A stretch of 64,000 nucleotides of DNA from an uncultured Gammaproteobacteria bacterium (lineage in GTDB: Bacteria; Patescibacteriota; Patescibacteriia; UBA9934): assembly GCA_964452565.1 (NCBI GenBank), contig CAYVLY010000002.1:119166-183165 (forward strand), read 5' to 3'. Under the pieces are notes generated by a model. It ran no database searches. It was not told the DNA's origin and worked only from the letters and a program-made list of their open reading frames with translations. Shown here one piece after another: positions 46,947-56,787 of this stretch. A program made the position numbers and the translations under genes. Each line of letters starts with the position of its first letter. Position 1 is the stretch's first letter.

Positions 46947-48773
46947 ATGTCAACTCACATGAAAAACCTAAAACGAACACTCAAGCGCGTGATCGCGCCA
47001 GTGAAATCTTTCTTTACAAAAAAACCTTCCAGCAAGAAGAACCTGGCAATGCAACAGGTAATGAGCGCTAAAGAGGTTAAAAAAGTTCCAAGCGGAAAGC
47101 AGCTTAAGCACTTCCCTTCATTATTATCGCAACGTGAAAGGATGATCGCTGGAGTTGCTGTTCTTATTATTATAATCTCTGGGATATTTCTTATCCGGTC
47201 AATCATCGGCACCCAACAAACAACCATCGCTGCAGTTGGAGGAGAATACACTGAAGGCCTAATTGGATCACCACAGTTGATCAATCCTCTCTACTCCCTT
47301 ACAAGTGATGTGGATACAGACCTTTCTAGACTCATATATAGTGGTTTAACAAAATTTGATACTGAGCTTGGAACGGCGCTTGACCTTGCAGAATCTTATT
47401 CGATTTCAGAAGACGGACTTGAGTACACATTTACCATTCATGAGAATGCTAAATGGCATGATGGCAATCCAGTGCTTGCAGATGACATCATCTTTACAAT
47501 AAGCGCGGTTCAAAATACGCAGTACCGTAGCCCGCTTGCAACAAGTTTTGAGGGAGTAACTGTCTCGCAGGTTGATGACCGTACAGTGCTTTTCACACTT
47601 GAAGAAACATCTGGCTCATTCATGTCACTTATGAGCGTTGGGATCCTGCCATCACACCTTTGGCAGGAGATAACACCGGCTAACGCTGTTCTGACACAAC
47701 TCAACATTAAACCCATTGGATCTGGTCCATATATGTTTGAGGTGTTGGAAAAAGACGAACGGACTGGGAATATTAAGAACTATACTTTGGAAAGATTTGC
47801 CGATTATTACGGAGATGGTCCATATATCGAATCAATAACTTTTAAATTCTACCCAGACCTCATATCAGCATTAAACGCACTGCAAAATCATAATGTTGAG
47901 GGTGTGAGTTATGTCCCAGTATCCGAAGCTCTGGCACTTGAGGACGAAGACCGCACTACTATAATGACAGCTGGGATGAATGAATATGTATCTGCGTTCT
48001 TCAACCAGGACTCATCAAATGCGCTCGCTGATGAAGAAGTTAGGAAGGCACTTGTCTTTGGTGTGTATTATGAAGAAATTATTGATGAAGTGTTCTCTGG
48101 GTATGCCCGATCAACTAGCAGCTTTATTCTTCCTGAGACATTAGGGTATTCAGAAGACATTGTCGATGTCGGGTTTGATCAAAAATACGCAACTACAATC
48201 CTAAACGAGGCAGGTTGGGAGATTGATGGTGATACAGGCCTAAGAATGAAGGGCGATGAAACCTTGTCGCTCACAATAACAACGCTTGAATCTCAGGAAT
48301 TGCTTGATGTGGCAGAACTTTTAAAAACTCGTTGGGAAGAGTTAAATATCGAAGTTGAGATTGAGGCGGTTGATGTTACTACATTCAAAAATGAGACTAT
48401 TGTGGATCGCGATTATGAAATCCTGCTATCAGGAGAGGTTTATAGTGCAAACTTGGATCCATATGTTTTCTGGCACTCATCACAGGTTGATTATCCAGGC
48501 CTTAACTTAGCCGGATATGAGGACGCTGATGCTGACACTCATATAGAGACTGCTCGCGAAACAACTGATATTGCGAAACGAGAATCAAACCTTATCAGTT
48601 TACAGGAAATCATTCTTGCAGATTATCCTGCTGTATTCTTGTACCAGCCACTCTACACATACGCGATCTCAAGCTCGATCAGAGGGGCCGAGTATGAGCG
48701 TATTTCCGTACCAGCTGATAGATTCAATAACATCAACGAATGGCACATAAAATCATCTAAAAGCTTTGAATAG
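46947..48773 (+). CDS. ABC transporter substrate-binding protein, family 5 (oligopeptide-binding-like)
   Basis: N-terminal TM/signal anchor. Length and overall SBP_bac_5-like layout. Confidence 0.75.
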   Translation: MSTHMKNLKRTLKRVIAPVKSFFTKKPSSKKNLAMQQVMSAKEVKKVPSGKQLKHFPSLLSQRERMIAGVAVLIIIISGIFLIRSIIGTQQTTIAAVGGEYTEGLIGSPQLINPLYSLTSDVDTDLSRLIYSGLTKFDTELGTALDLAESYSISEDGLEYTFTIHENAKWHDGNPVLADDIIFTISAVQNTQYRSPLATSFEGVTVSQVDDRTVLFTLEETSGSFMSLMSVGILPSHLWQEITPANAVLTQLNIKPIGSGPYMFEVLEKDERTGNIKNYTLERFADYYGDGPYIESITFKFYPDLISALNALQNHNVEGVSYVPVSEALALEDEDRTTIMTAGMNEYVSAFFNQDSSNALADEEVRKALVFGVYYEEIIDEVFSGYARSTSSFILPETLGYSEDIVDVGFDQKYATTILNEAGWEIDGDTGLRMKGDETLSLTITTLESQELLDVAELLKTRWEELNIEVEIEAVDVTTFKNETIVDRDYEILLSGEVYSANLDPYVFWHSSQVDYPGLNLAGYEDADADTHIETARETTDIAKRESNLISLQEIILADYPAVFLYQPLYTYAISSSIRGAEYERISVPADRFNNINEWHIKSSKSFE

Positions 48774-48796
48774 CCCCAGAGGTTGCCCCTGAGGGG

Positions 48797-48825
48797 TTGA
48801 CAGTATTAATCATACGTGCTATTAT
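48797..48825 (+). promoter_or_regulatory. Near-consensus sigma-70 promoter TTGACA-17-TATTAT
   Basis: TTGACA at 48797..48802, a 17-nt spacer, TATTAT at 48820..48825. About 240 bp upstream of rnj, suggesting a long structured 5' UTR or a small RNA. Confidence 0.45.
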
Positions 48826-48887
48826 ACTTATCTTAATACCCACGTGTGCCCCTTGAAAAAAGTGATGAAAGGCAGAAAAAGTGATCA

Positions 48888-48920
48888 AAGGTGATTTTTT
48901 AATAATCACTTCTAATCACC
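48888..48920. promoter_or_regulatory. TAATCAC motif cluster (one inverted AAGGTGATT plus ATAATCAC-ttc-TAATCACC), copy 2
   Basis: Matches 45016..45034. Lies in the rnj leader region. Confidence 0.4.
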
Positions 48921-49068
48921 TCTTCAACCTTTTTGACCCTCCTTCTGCTATGTGACTAGTCGTCTCTTTTTCGTATTTCAAAAAAGTCGAGTATTCATAT
49001 ACGTGGATCGGTATAAATCCGATCGGCATCGCAAGATGCAGCTTATTCATTCGTTAACAATTTAAACT

Positions 49069-50931
49069 ATGGTTCAGAAAAAAAGACGAACGACTACTCG
49101 TCGAAGCTCTCGACGTAAGCCGTTCCAAAAGAAAAAAGGGGCCACAACCCAGTCTACCAAAAAGCCGACACATCAAAAGGTTAAAGCAAAACCAAAGACA
49201 AATACCAAACGTACCCACCGCAAGCCCCAAAAAACTAGAGTCTTTAAGGGTCGAGGTGGTGATGAAGTTCGTGTAATTGTTCTTGGTGGACTAGAGGAAG
49301 TGGGTCGAAACTGTACACTTATTGAATACAAAAATGACATCATGATCATTGATCTGGGTCTTGAATTCCCAAGCGAAGACATGCATGGAGTGGATTACAT
49401 CATTCCAAACATGGACTATCTTAAGGGGAAGGAAAAGAACGTGCGTGGTGTTGTAATCACCCATGGTCACTATGACCATATCGGAGGAATCCCTCACATT
49501 GTTCCAAAAATTGGAAACCCACCAGTTTATACAATGCCAATCGGTGCTGGAATCATTAAAAAGCGCCAGGAGGATTACCCTCAGTCAAAGATCAACATCA
49601 AAGAGATCGATGCTAAAACAACACTACAGCTTGGAGTCTTTAAAGTGTCATTCATTCACATGAATCACAACATTCCAGACTCAGCAGCTGTTGTGGTAGA
49701 AACTCCGGTTGGAACCATTATCCACTCTGGAGACTGGAAGTTCGACTTCCATCCAGCGGGAGAGGAGCAGGGCGATCTACACAAAATGGCTCGACTTGGC
49801 GACAAGGGTGTATTACTCCTTATGGGTGATTCAACGAATGCCAATAAACATGGACATCAAACCTCAGAAAAAGTCATTGGTGAAGAATTACGAAAGGTTA
49901 TCCAGCAAGCTGACGGTCGAATAGTTATTGGAACATTCGCTTCGCTACTCTCGCGCGTTAAACAGATCCTGGAAATCTCTGAACAACTTGGAAGGAAGGT
50001 CGTAATTAACGGACGATCGATGATAACTAATGTTGAAATCGCAAGACAAAAAGGTTTCATCCACATAAGTGACAAGACCCTAATTCCAGTTGAAAAAATC
50101 AACACATACCCAGACGAAAAAGTCATGGTCGTGTGCACTGGAGCACAAGGAGAAGAAAATGCAGCCCTGAGCAGGATTGCAAATGACGAACACAAAAATA
50201 TTCGTATCAAAGAAGGTGATACTGTCATTTTCTCTAGCTCGATTGTTCCAGGAAATGAAGTTTCTGTGTCCCGCCTAAAAGATACTCTGTACAAGAAAGG
50301 AGCGAATATTATTCACTCCGCAGATATGGATGTTCACGCAGGAGGACATGGAAAAAAGGAAGATATTAAACTTATGATCAGTTTGATTAAACCTGAATAC
50401 TACATGCCAATTGAAGGTAACTACAGCTTGCTTCATGCAAATGCACAAGTTGCCCACTCGCTTGGTTATGATAAGCAACATGTAATCCTTGCTGATAACG
50501 GTCAAGTAATTGAAGTTAAAAAGGACCGAAACGGCAAAGGAAACATTCGCAAAACTCAAGAGAGAGCCAATACTGACTACGTCTTTGTTGACGGGCTCGG
50601 TGTTGGAGATATCTCTCAGATCGTCCTGCGTGACCGAAAGGCACTTGCAGAAGACGGTATGGTCATCCCAGTTATTAAAGTCGACAAGAAAACTGGAAAG
50701 ATGGTTGGAAATGCAGATATTATCAGTCGTGGATTTATCTTTATGAAAGATAACCAAAAGCTCATCCAAGAAACCCGCAAGTTAATTAAGAAGGCGGTGG
50801 TAGATGATGATCCAAAATCCAATGCTGATTCTGACTACATCAAGAAAACAGTTCGAGATGCGGTTGGAAAGTATCTGTTCAAAAAGACCAAGCGTCGACC
50901 AATGATCATTACGCTTGTCATTCAAATCTAG
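49069..50931 (+). CDS. rnj: Ribonuclease J (beta-CASP metallo-beta-lactamase RNase) with a basic N-terminal extension
   Basis: HGHYDHIGG motif, beta-CASP layout, about 555-aa core preceded by a 65-aa Lys/Arg-rich tail. Confidence 0.9.
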   Translation: MVQKKRRTTTRRSSRRKPFQKKKGATTQSTKKPTHQKVKAKPKTNTKRTHRKPQKTRVFKGRGGDEVRVIVLGGLEEVGRNCTLIEYKNDIMIIDLGLEFPSEDMHGVDYIIPNMDYLKGKEKNVRGVVITHGHYDHIGGIPHIVPKIGNPPVYTMPIGAGIIKKRQEDYPQSKINIKEIDAKTTLQLGVFKVSFIHMNHNIPDSAAVVVETPVGTIIHSGDWKFDFHPAGEEQGDLHKMARLGDKGVLLLMGDSTNANKHGHQTSEKVIGEELRKVIQQADGRIVIGTFASLLSRVKQILEISEQLGRKVVINGRSMITNVEIARQKGFIHISDKTLIPVEKINTYPDEKVMVVCTGAQGEENAALSRIANDEHKNIRIKEGDTVIFSSSIVPGNEVSVSRLKDTLYKKGANIIHSADMDVHAGGHGKKEDIKLMISLIKPEYYMPIEGNYSLLHANAQVAHSLGYDKQHVILADNGQVIEVKKDRNGKGNIRKTQERANTDYVFVDGLGVGDISQIVLRDRKALAEDGMVIPVIKVDKKTGKMVGNADIISRGFIFMKDNQKLIQETRKLIKKAVVDDDPKSNADSDYIKKTVRDAVGKYLFKKTKRRPMIITLVIQI

Positions 50932-50942
50932 ATTTAACAAAA

Positions 50943-50973
50943 CCCGCGCAGAAAGTGCGGGTTTTGTGTTTTC
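50943..50973 (+). terminator. Rho-independent terminator after rnj
   Basis: CCCGCGC-agaaa-GTGCGGG followed by TTTTGTGTTTTC. Confidence 0.65.
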
Positions 50974-50982
50974 TGGTATAAT
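50974..50982 (+). promoter_or_regulatory. Extended -10 promoter element TGgTATAAT for trpS
   Basis: TGGTATAAT lies 27 nt upstream of the trpS ATG. The same terminator-plus-TGGTATAAT arrangement recurs at 53429. Confidence 0.5.
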
Positions 50983-51008
50983 CTAAAGGCTAAAATCAAA
51001 TCAGACAT

Positions 51009-51989
51009 ATGCGAGTCCTAACTGGAATACAACCTACAAATATTCTTCATATCGGAAACCTATTTGGTGCTTTAATCCCTGCTGTTGAGCTTCAGAAAGA
51101 TCATGAGCTCTACATGATGATTGCTGACTATCATTCTATAACTGTACCGCAAAATCCTGAGATGCTGAGTGAGAGCATCCTTCTTAACGCTGCAGCCTAT
51201 ATTGCTGCTGGTATCGATCCAACCAAGACTGTACTTTTTCAGCAGTCTCAGATTCCTGCACATACTGAGCTTGCATGGATCCTTGCAAGCCAAACCCACA
51301 TGGGTGAGATGAAAAGGATGACTCAGTTTAAAGACAAGTCTGGTGATAAAGCTGATAAAGTTTCTGTTGGGCTATTTACCTATCCTGTTTTAATGGCTGC
51401 GGATATTCTGCTGTATGACACAGAGGCAGTACCTGTTGGACATGATCAAAAGCAGCATGTTGAGCTGACCCGCGACGTTGGTCAGAGGTTTAACAATGCT
51501 TATGGCGAAACGTTTGTAATTCCAAAACCAATGATTCGCAAACATGGAGCGCGACTTAAGTCTTTGACAGAGCCTGAGAAAAAGATGAGTAAGAGTGCAC
51601 CGAGTGCGAAGAGCTATATTTCATTGATGGACGACCGCGAAATTGTTCACAAGAAAATACGATCTGCCGTGACAGACTCAGGGCAATTGATTACATTTGA
51701 GGAACGGCGTGAAGGACTTTATAACCTGCTTACGATATTTAGTTTGTGCACTGGAAAGTCCGGTGAAGATCTGGCACATGAGTATGCAGAAAAAGGCATG
51801 AAGGTCCTTAAGGACGATCTTGCTGAAGCGCTTTCGAACTATCTAGATCCGATGCAGAGCAAGATGAAGGAACTACTTGAAAACAAAGATGAACTCAAAC
51901 GCATCATCGCGAACGGATCTACAGCCGCTGATAAGGTGGCGAACGCGAAGTTGGCGGAAGTGAAAAAGAAGGTGGGGGTAACGTTATAG
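51009..51989 (+). CDS. trpS: Tryptophanyl-tRNA synthetase
   Basis: HIGH-type motif (ILHIGNLFGA), KMSKS present, 326 aa class I layout. Confidence 0.9.
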   Translation: MRVLTGIQPTNILHIGNLFGALIPAVELQKDHELYMMIADYHSITVPQNPEMLSESILLNAAAYIAAGIDPTKTVLFQQSQIPAHTELAWILASQTHMGEMKRMTQFKDKSGDKADKVSVGLFTYPVLMAADILLYDTEAVPVGHDQKQHVELTRDVGQRFNNAYGETFVIPKPMIRKHGARLKSLTEPEKKMSKSAPSAKSYISLMDDREIVHKKIRSAVTDSGQLITFEERREGLYNLLTIFSLCTGKSGEDLAHEYAEKGMKVLKDDLAEALSNYLDPMQSKMKELLENKDELKRIIANGSTAADKVANAKLAEVKKKVGVTL

Positions 51990-52025
51990 CAGAAAGCAGA
52001 ACACAGAACTCAGAACGCAGATCAA

Positions 52026-52049
52026 GAACCGCCAAACGGCGGTTCTCTT
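52026..52049 (+). terminator. Rho-independent terminator after trpS
   Basis: GAACCGCC-aaac-GGCGGTTC followed by TCTT. Confidence 0.5.
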
Positions 52050-52433
52050 AAATACACGCCTAAGTCCCAAGCCAATTTTCTAGTCTCGACCTCAGGCCTG
52101 CCACGAGCACGTTCATGCTTATCCCCGGGCAGAAAGATGGAATAGCATTTTGATGTCCAGTTTCTCCTTAGATAAAAATTGGATCTCCAAAATGCCCGTC
52201 TGTATGCCTGGGGTATGCATGGACAGCGCAGTGAGGCCAAGCAGTTTCTTTTCCCCATTTCTTTGCTGCTTCAAAGAAATGGGGCCAGGGGTTAGGGGCA
52301 GGATGCCCCATCAATGGGGTTGACTTTCTTGGCCAATCCTGCTATATTCTCTCCGTCAAGTGCATCCTGCGCCTCTGACGCTGAGACAGCCCTCCTAAGC
52401 TGAAACTGAAAAACACATGGAGTGAAACCACAC

Positions 52434-52862
52434 ATGTCCGCAGTCCTCCTCGTCTCCCCGCCCAGCTCGAGTCCCACCCCCGGCAGTCCCCTGCCCGACA
52501 CGAGCGCCACACCCCCGTCCGAACAGCCCGTCATCTCAGATGAGCACCGTCGAGTCCTCCAGCATCTGGTCGCCATCGAGTTCGAGATCCCGAACCTGGT
52601 CGACCGCGAAACCATCGCTACCCTCGAGAACGCCGGACAGGTCTGCGACGCTGTAGCCTCCGCGCTCGCCGAGCACTGCGAAGTGACTCACGACGAGCTC
52701 GGGAGCACCTTCCAGACCATCGCCCGGATGAGCATGCTCAACGTGAACATCATGATCCGCATGGCCAAGGCTACCACCTGGCGCGAGTTCTGCAGCGCGA
52801 TCCCGCAGTGCTACCGCCAGGCCTGCGGCAACGCAGTGGTCGCCGGCGCCAGGATCACCTAG
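52434..52862 (+). CDS. Hypothetical high-GC protein (about 143 aa) with a Pro/Ser-rich N-terminus
   Basis: Roughly 62% GC patch (52280..52920) inside low-GC host DNA. RBS GGAGTG before ATG 52434. Directly upstream of the RNase P RNA gene. Confidence 0.4.
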   Translation: MSAVLLVSPPSSSPTPGSPLPDTSATPPSEQPVISDEHRRVLQHLVAIEFEIPNLVDRETIATLENAGQVCDAVASALAEHCEVTHDELGSTFQTIARMSMLNVNIMIRMAKATTWREFCSAIPQCYRQACGNAVVAGARIT

Positions 52863-52968
52863 TCCCGTTCTGACTACGCCCACTTGGGTAACGGTCAGCC
52901 CCGTCCCTCCGGACACCTGTTCCGGGGGGCCTTTGTTTCTATTGACATATTCGGCTAATAATGGTATT

Positions 52969-53395
52969 ATTCTGTCGTTCAGGAAATACGATAGTCGCTT
53001 GACGCTTTGCGTCATGAGGAAAGTCCGAACACCCCCTGCACGGTAACGTGCATGGACAAAGGATGTTGCTAACAGCAACCAAGGGATCAGAACGGGAGGA
53101 ACTGGAATATTGTTCCTGCCAGTCTGATTAACCTTAGGGAAAGTGCCACAGAGACAATACTAGCTCTTCGGAGTTAAAGGTGAAAAGTAGTGCGGTGTCT
53201 GAGGTCAGATGACCTCGATAGGCTACGCACTTCGCTCCATGGTGACATGGAAGCGTGGTAAACCCATCCTGGTGCAAGAGCAAATTTGGTCGCTCGCATG
53301 AAGTGATTGGCAACAATCACTCTAGATAAATGACTATCATCTTATGTCGCCCTACGGGCTATATCAGATACAGAATTCGGCTTACCATTTCCTGA
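52969..53395 (+). ncRNA. rnpB: RNase P RNA (bacterial type A-like)
   Basis: P4 strand AGGAAAGTCCG. GTGAAAAGTAGTGCGGT and GGTAAACCC...GCAAGAGCAAATTTGG conserved blocks. P1 pairing TCAGGAAAT/ATTTCCTGA defines the ends. Confidence 0.6.
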
Positions 53396-53406
53396 GCAAC
53401 AAAGAT

Positions 53407-53429
53407 CACCGCAATGAGCGGTGTTTTTT
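53407..53429 (+). terminator. Rho-independent terminator after rnpB
   Basis: CACCGC-aatga-GCGGTG followed by TTTTTT. Confidence 0.6.
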
Positions 53430-53437
53430 GGTATAAT
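53429..53437 (+). promoter_or_regulatory. Extended -10 element TGgTATAAT for the sugar transferase gene
   Basis: Same TGGTATAAT as at 50974, about 10 nt before ATG 53447. Confidence 0.45.
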
Positions 53438-53446
53438 CAAAACACT

Positions 53447-54847
53447 ATGAAACGAGTCAACCTCTTCTTTGCCGCACTTCTAGTTCCTTTGGACTATATC
53501 GTTGTTGTTGGAGCTGCCTGCTTTGCTTATTGGATGCGATTTACCCCATTTGTCCGGGAGATTCGGCCAGTAGTTTTTGACCTGCCTTTTGATGCCTACT
53601 TCAAGGTCACTGTAATATCAGGCTTTGTCTTCTTGATAATCTTTGCGCTATCAGGTCTATATGTTATCCGACAAATGCGTCTTGCCACTGAGTTTGTACG
53701 TATCATACTTGCAGTATCAGCTAGTATCGCAGTGGTGCTCGGAATTGCATTTTTCTCCCGTGAGTTGTTTGACTCACGTTTTATTGTTTTGGCGGTTTGG
53801 GGATTTTCACTCATATTCGTCTCGATTGAGAGATACCTTATCAGAATGCTTCAAAGGTCGTTGCGCCATTTTGGCATTGGACTGCAACGCGTGGTGATTA
53901 TTGGAAAAACAAAATCTGGGCAATCACTTAAAAAATACTTTCAACGATATCCAAAAATTGGTTTTGAAGTTGTTGAACACATCACGCATTTCACAGAAAG
54001 CTCAAGAGACAAAATCTTGTCACTTAAGAAAAAAGGGATGGTTGACGCACTAATGCTTGCTAATCCTGAGGCCGACAAGAAAGAGATACGATCAATTAAA
54101 GCATTTTCTGACGTTGAACATCTCAACTTCTACTACTCAGCAGAAATCTTCCCAAGTGGCGCAGTAAAGCCAGTCATACACACACTTGCCGGACAGCCAA
54201 TCATTGAAGTTCCGAAGACTCCGCTAGATGGGTGGGGCGCGATTTGGAAACGTGGATTTGATATTGTCATGTCTTTGTTCTTCATAATACTCACATCACC
54301 GATTCAGATCCTGGCAGCGCTAGCACTATTTATCGAACAGCCCGGTAATGTGTTCTTTGTACATAAACGTGTCGGACAAGGGGGCAAGGCTTACAATCAT
54401 CTTAAGTTCAGATCAATGATAAAAGACGCACATAAGTATCGCTTCGACCCAGAGTTCATTAAAAAGTATGGAAATGAACGCGGCGGGACTCCCCTTTTCA
54501 AACTTACACACGATCCCCGTATCACCCGTGTTGGTCGTATCATACGAAAACTTTCTATTGATGAACTTCCTGAATTATTTATGGTACTGATCGGTCGCAT
54601 GAGCTTGATTGGCCCTCGACCACACATGCCTGAAGAAGTTGAAAAATACAAACCACACCAAAAACAAGTACTCACAATCAAGCCTGGGATGACTGGCATG
54701 GCCCAAGTCGGTGGCCGCGCAGAGCTCGACTTTGATGAAGAAGTTCAACTGGACATGCACTACATCCAAAACTGGAGCCCATGGCTCGACTTGATAATCC
54801 TTTTCAAAACACCAATAGTAGTTATCTTCGGCAAAGGCGCATATTAA
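53447..54847 (+). CDS. Polyprenyl-phosphate sugar phosphotransferase (WbaP/CpsE-like bacterial sugar transferase)
   Basis: N-terminal TM helices. C-terminal KRGFDIVMS...YNHLKFRSM...DELPELFMVLIGRMSLIGPRP bacterial sugar-transferase signature. Upstream ATG 53414 lies inside the terminator stem. Confidence 0.85.
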   Translation: MKRVNLFFAALLVPLDYIVVVGAACFAYWMRFTPFVREIRPVVFDLPFDAYFKVTVISGFVFLIIFALSGLYVIRQMRLATEFVRIILAVSASIAVVLGIAFFSRELFDSRFIVLAVWGFSLIFVSIERYLIRMLQRSLRHFGIGLQRVVIIGKTKSGQSLKKYFQRYPKIGFEVVEHITHFTESSRDKILSLKKKGMVDALMLANPEADKKEIRSIKAFSDVEHLNFYYSAEIFPSGAVKPVIHTLAGQPIIEVPKTPLDGWGAIWKRGFDIVMSLFFIILTSPIQILAALALFIEQPGNVFFVHKRVGQGGKAYNHLKFRSMIKDAHKYRFDPEFIKKYGNERGGTPLFKLTHDPRITRVGRIIRKLSIDELPELFMVLIGRMSLIGPRPHMPEEVEKYKPHQKQVLTIKPGMTGMAQVGGRAELDFDEEVQLDMHYIQNWSPWLDLIILFKTPIVVIFGKGAY

Positions 54848-54869
54848 AAAACAGACCCCTGCCCATTGT

Positions 54870-54951
54870 CCATCCTGAGAGAGCCGTCAGGCGAGTCGAA
54901 GGATCTCTTGAAACTTGATTCTTGAGATCCCTCGGCTGACGCTCGGGATGG
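54870..54951. repeat. Palindromic intergenic element (REP/MITE-like), copy 2
   Basis: CCATCCTGAGAGAGCCGTCAGGCGAGTCGAAGGATCTC...GAGATCCCTCGGCTGACGCTCGGGATGG. Near-perfect inverted arms. Shares the CCATCC..GAG and GGATCTC core with copy 1. Confidence 0.7.
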
Positions 54952-54977
54952 AATAGGGTGTAGGTCTGTTTTTTGTT

Positions 54978-55583
54978 TTATACCTTATCCATCGTAATCG
55001 TCTCAACCACTACTTTCTTCACTGCCTGACCAATCTTCTCATGCCCCTTCTCGTTCGGATGAAGACCATCCTCTGAAAGATCCTCCATCGAGAGCAACTC
55101 TGAGTTATCGATTACCCGCACTCCCAACTCATCTCCGACTTCCTTCATGATCCCCGCATAACGCAAAACGTCGTCATTGTCATAAGTAAGCTCAGTGCGC
55201 CATGGAACCGGCTGCAGCTTAGAATCATCAATCTGTGTTGGCGTTACCAGAAGAACATGTTCAACCAGTTTGCAAGACTGGTCAATTAGTTCGTGCAGAT
55301 TCTTTTTAAAATCCTCAGGAGCAACCTGATACTCGCCGTTAGCCTTTCCTGAGTCATTCACACCAACAGCAATGATAATAGATCGAGCTGATCGCACTTC
55401 TGCCTCAAGCGAAAGGCGCTTAACCATACCATCGGTCGTGTCTCCGGACACGCCACAGTTGTAAACAAATACGTGATAGTCCTTTTCAAGATCCAATCGC
55501 AGCCGATTAACCCAACCGCCCAACTCATGATCCCAAGCTCCCCACCCAATACTTGTTCCGAAAACGCAAATCTTCTGTGTCAT
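54978..55583 (-). CDS. SGNH/GDSL-family hydrolase
   Basis: N-terminal ICVFGTSIGWG block. C-terminal DGLHPNEKGH (DxxH catalytic block). Confidence 0.65.
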   Translation of the reverse strand: MTQKICVFGTSIGWGAWDHELGGWVNRLRLDLEKDYHVFVYNCGVSGDTTDGMVKRLSLEAEVRSARSIIIAVGVNDSGKANGEYQVAPEDFKKNLHELIDQSCKLVEHVLLVTPTQIDDSKLQPVPWRTELTYDNDDVLRYAGIMKEVGDELGVRVIDNSELLSMEDLSEDGLHPNEKGHEKIGQAVKKVVVETITMDKV

Positions 55584-55670
55584 ATACATGAATCTTATCA
55601 AATTGGCCGCTACCAAACAAACAAAATTGCCCTTGCTCAAAGCCCTCTAGCGTGCTTAAATACATCTACT

Positions 55671-56786
55671 ATGAACGTAGCCTTGGTACACGATCACTTG
55701 ACCCAAAATGGCGGTGCAGAACGCGTACTTGAGGCTATGCAAAATATTTGGCCAAAGGCACCCACATTCACTCTTCTGTACGACAAATCCATCATGGATT
55801 CTGTTTTTGGCCATCGCGATATTCGTACAAGCTTTTTACAAAACATACCTGGCTCTCTTAAACGCTCTCGATGGCTCTTACCGTTAATGCCAACCGCAAC
55901 TGAAAGCTACAACCTATCAGAATTCGAAGTGATCGTATCAAGTACCAGCGCTTTTTCAAAAGGAATAATCCCATCAAACGATGCGATTCATATTTGCTAC
56001 TGCCACACACCAACTCGATATCTCTGGTCTGATACACACAGTTACATTGAGGAGCTTAAGGTTCCGGGAGCCATCAAAAGAATCCTCCCTCCAATCTTGA
56101 GCAATCTAAGAGCCTGGGATCGACTGGCAGCAGACAGAGTTGATCACTTTATCGCAAACTCAGAGACAGTTCGAAGGCGAATCAGGAAATACTATCGACG
56201 TGAGAGTGATGTAATCCACCCACCCGTTGAGGTTGATCAATTTAGCGTTACTGATGATCCAAAGGAATACTACTTGATCGGTGGTCGGCTCGTTCCATAC
56301 AAACGATACGATCTTGTTATCGACGCATTCACAAAGCTTGGGATCCCTCTCAAGGTTTTTGGATCTGGTCCGATTGAAAAAGACTTGCGGGCTCGCGCGG
56401 GTGATAACATACAATTCTTGGGCAGAGTTTCAAACGAGGAACGCGCGCGACTTTTCCAAAATGCAATCGCATTTTTGCACCCACAGGAAGAAGACTTTGG
56501 GATTACTCCAGTTGAATCCATGGCTGCAGGTCGTCCAGTCATTGCCTATCGTAAAGGTGGAGCAACTGAGACCGTAATTGATAGAAAGACCGGAATATTT
56601 TTCGACAAGCAGCACTGGGAAGAGATCGCAAACACTGTTCTACACTTTGATCACACGCGATTTGATCCAATGGAGATACGAGAACATGCTAAGCAGTTCT
56701 CAACACAGATTTATCACAAAAAAATGCACGACTATGTGCAGAATAAGTGGGGAGAGCACAGGAAAAAAATATTAGGAATCGTCTAA
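55671..56786 (+). CDS. Family 4 glycosyltransferase
   Basis: EEDFGITPVESMAAGRPVIAYRKGGATETV (E-x7-E type GT4 motif). Start at ATG 55671 (MNVALVHDHL). Confidence 0.85.
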   Translation: MNVALVHDHLTQNGGAERVLEAMQNIWPKAPTFTLLYDKSIMDSVFGHRDIRTSFLQNIPGSLKRSRWLLPLMPTATESYNLSEFEVIVSSTSAFSKGIIPSNDAIHICYCHTPTRYLWSDTHSYIEELKVPGAIKRILPPILSNLRAWDRLAADRVDHFIANSETVRRRIRKYYRRESDVIHPPVEVDQFSVTDDPKEYYLIGGRLVPYKRYDLVIDAFTKLGIPLKVFGSGPIEKDLRARAGDNIQFLGRVSNEERARLFQNAIAFLHPQEEDFGITPVESMAAGRPVIAYRKGGATETVIDRKTGIFFDKQHWEEIANTVLHFDHTRFDPMEIREHAKQFSTQIYHKKMHDYVQNKWGEHRKKILGIV

Positions 56787-56787
56787 T

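Noticed and set aside
53414-53446. ORF-track start ATG 53414 for the sugar transferase
   Set aside because: That ATG lies inside the stem of the rnpB terminator, and the TGGTATAAT promoter lies downstream of it. ATG 53447 was used.
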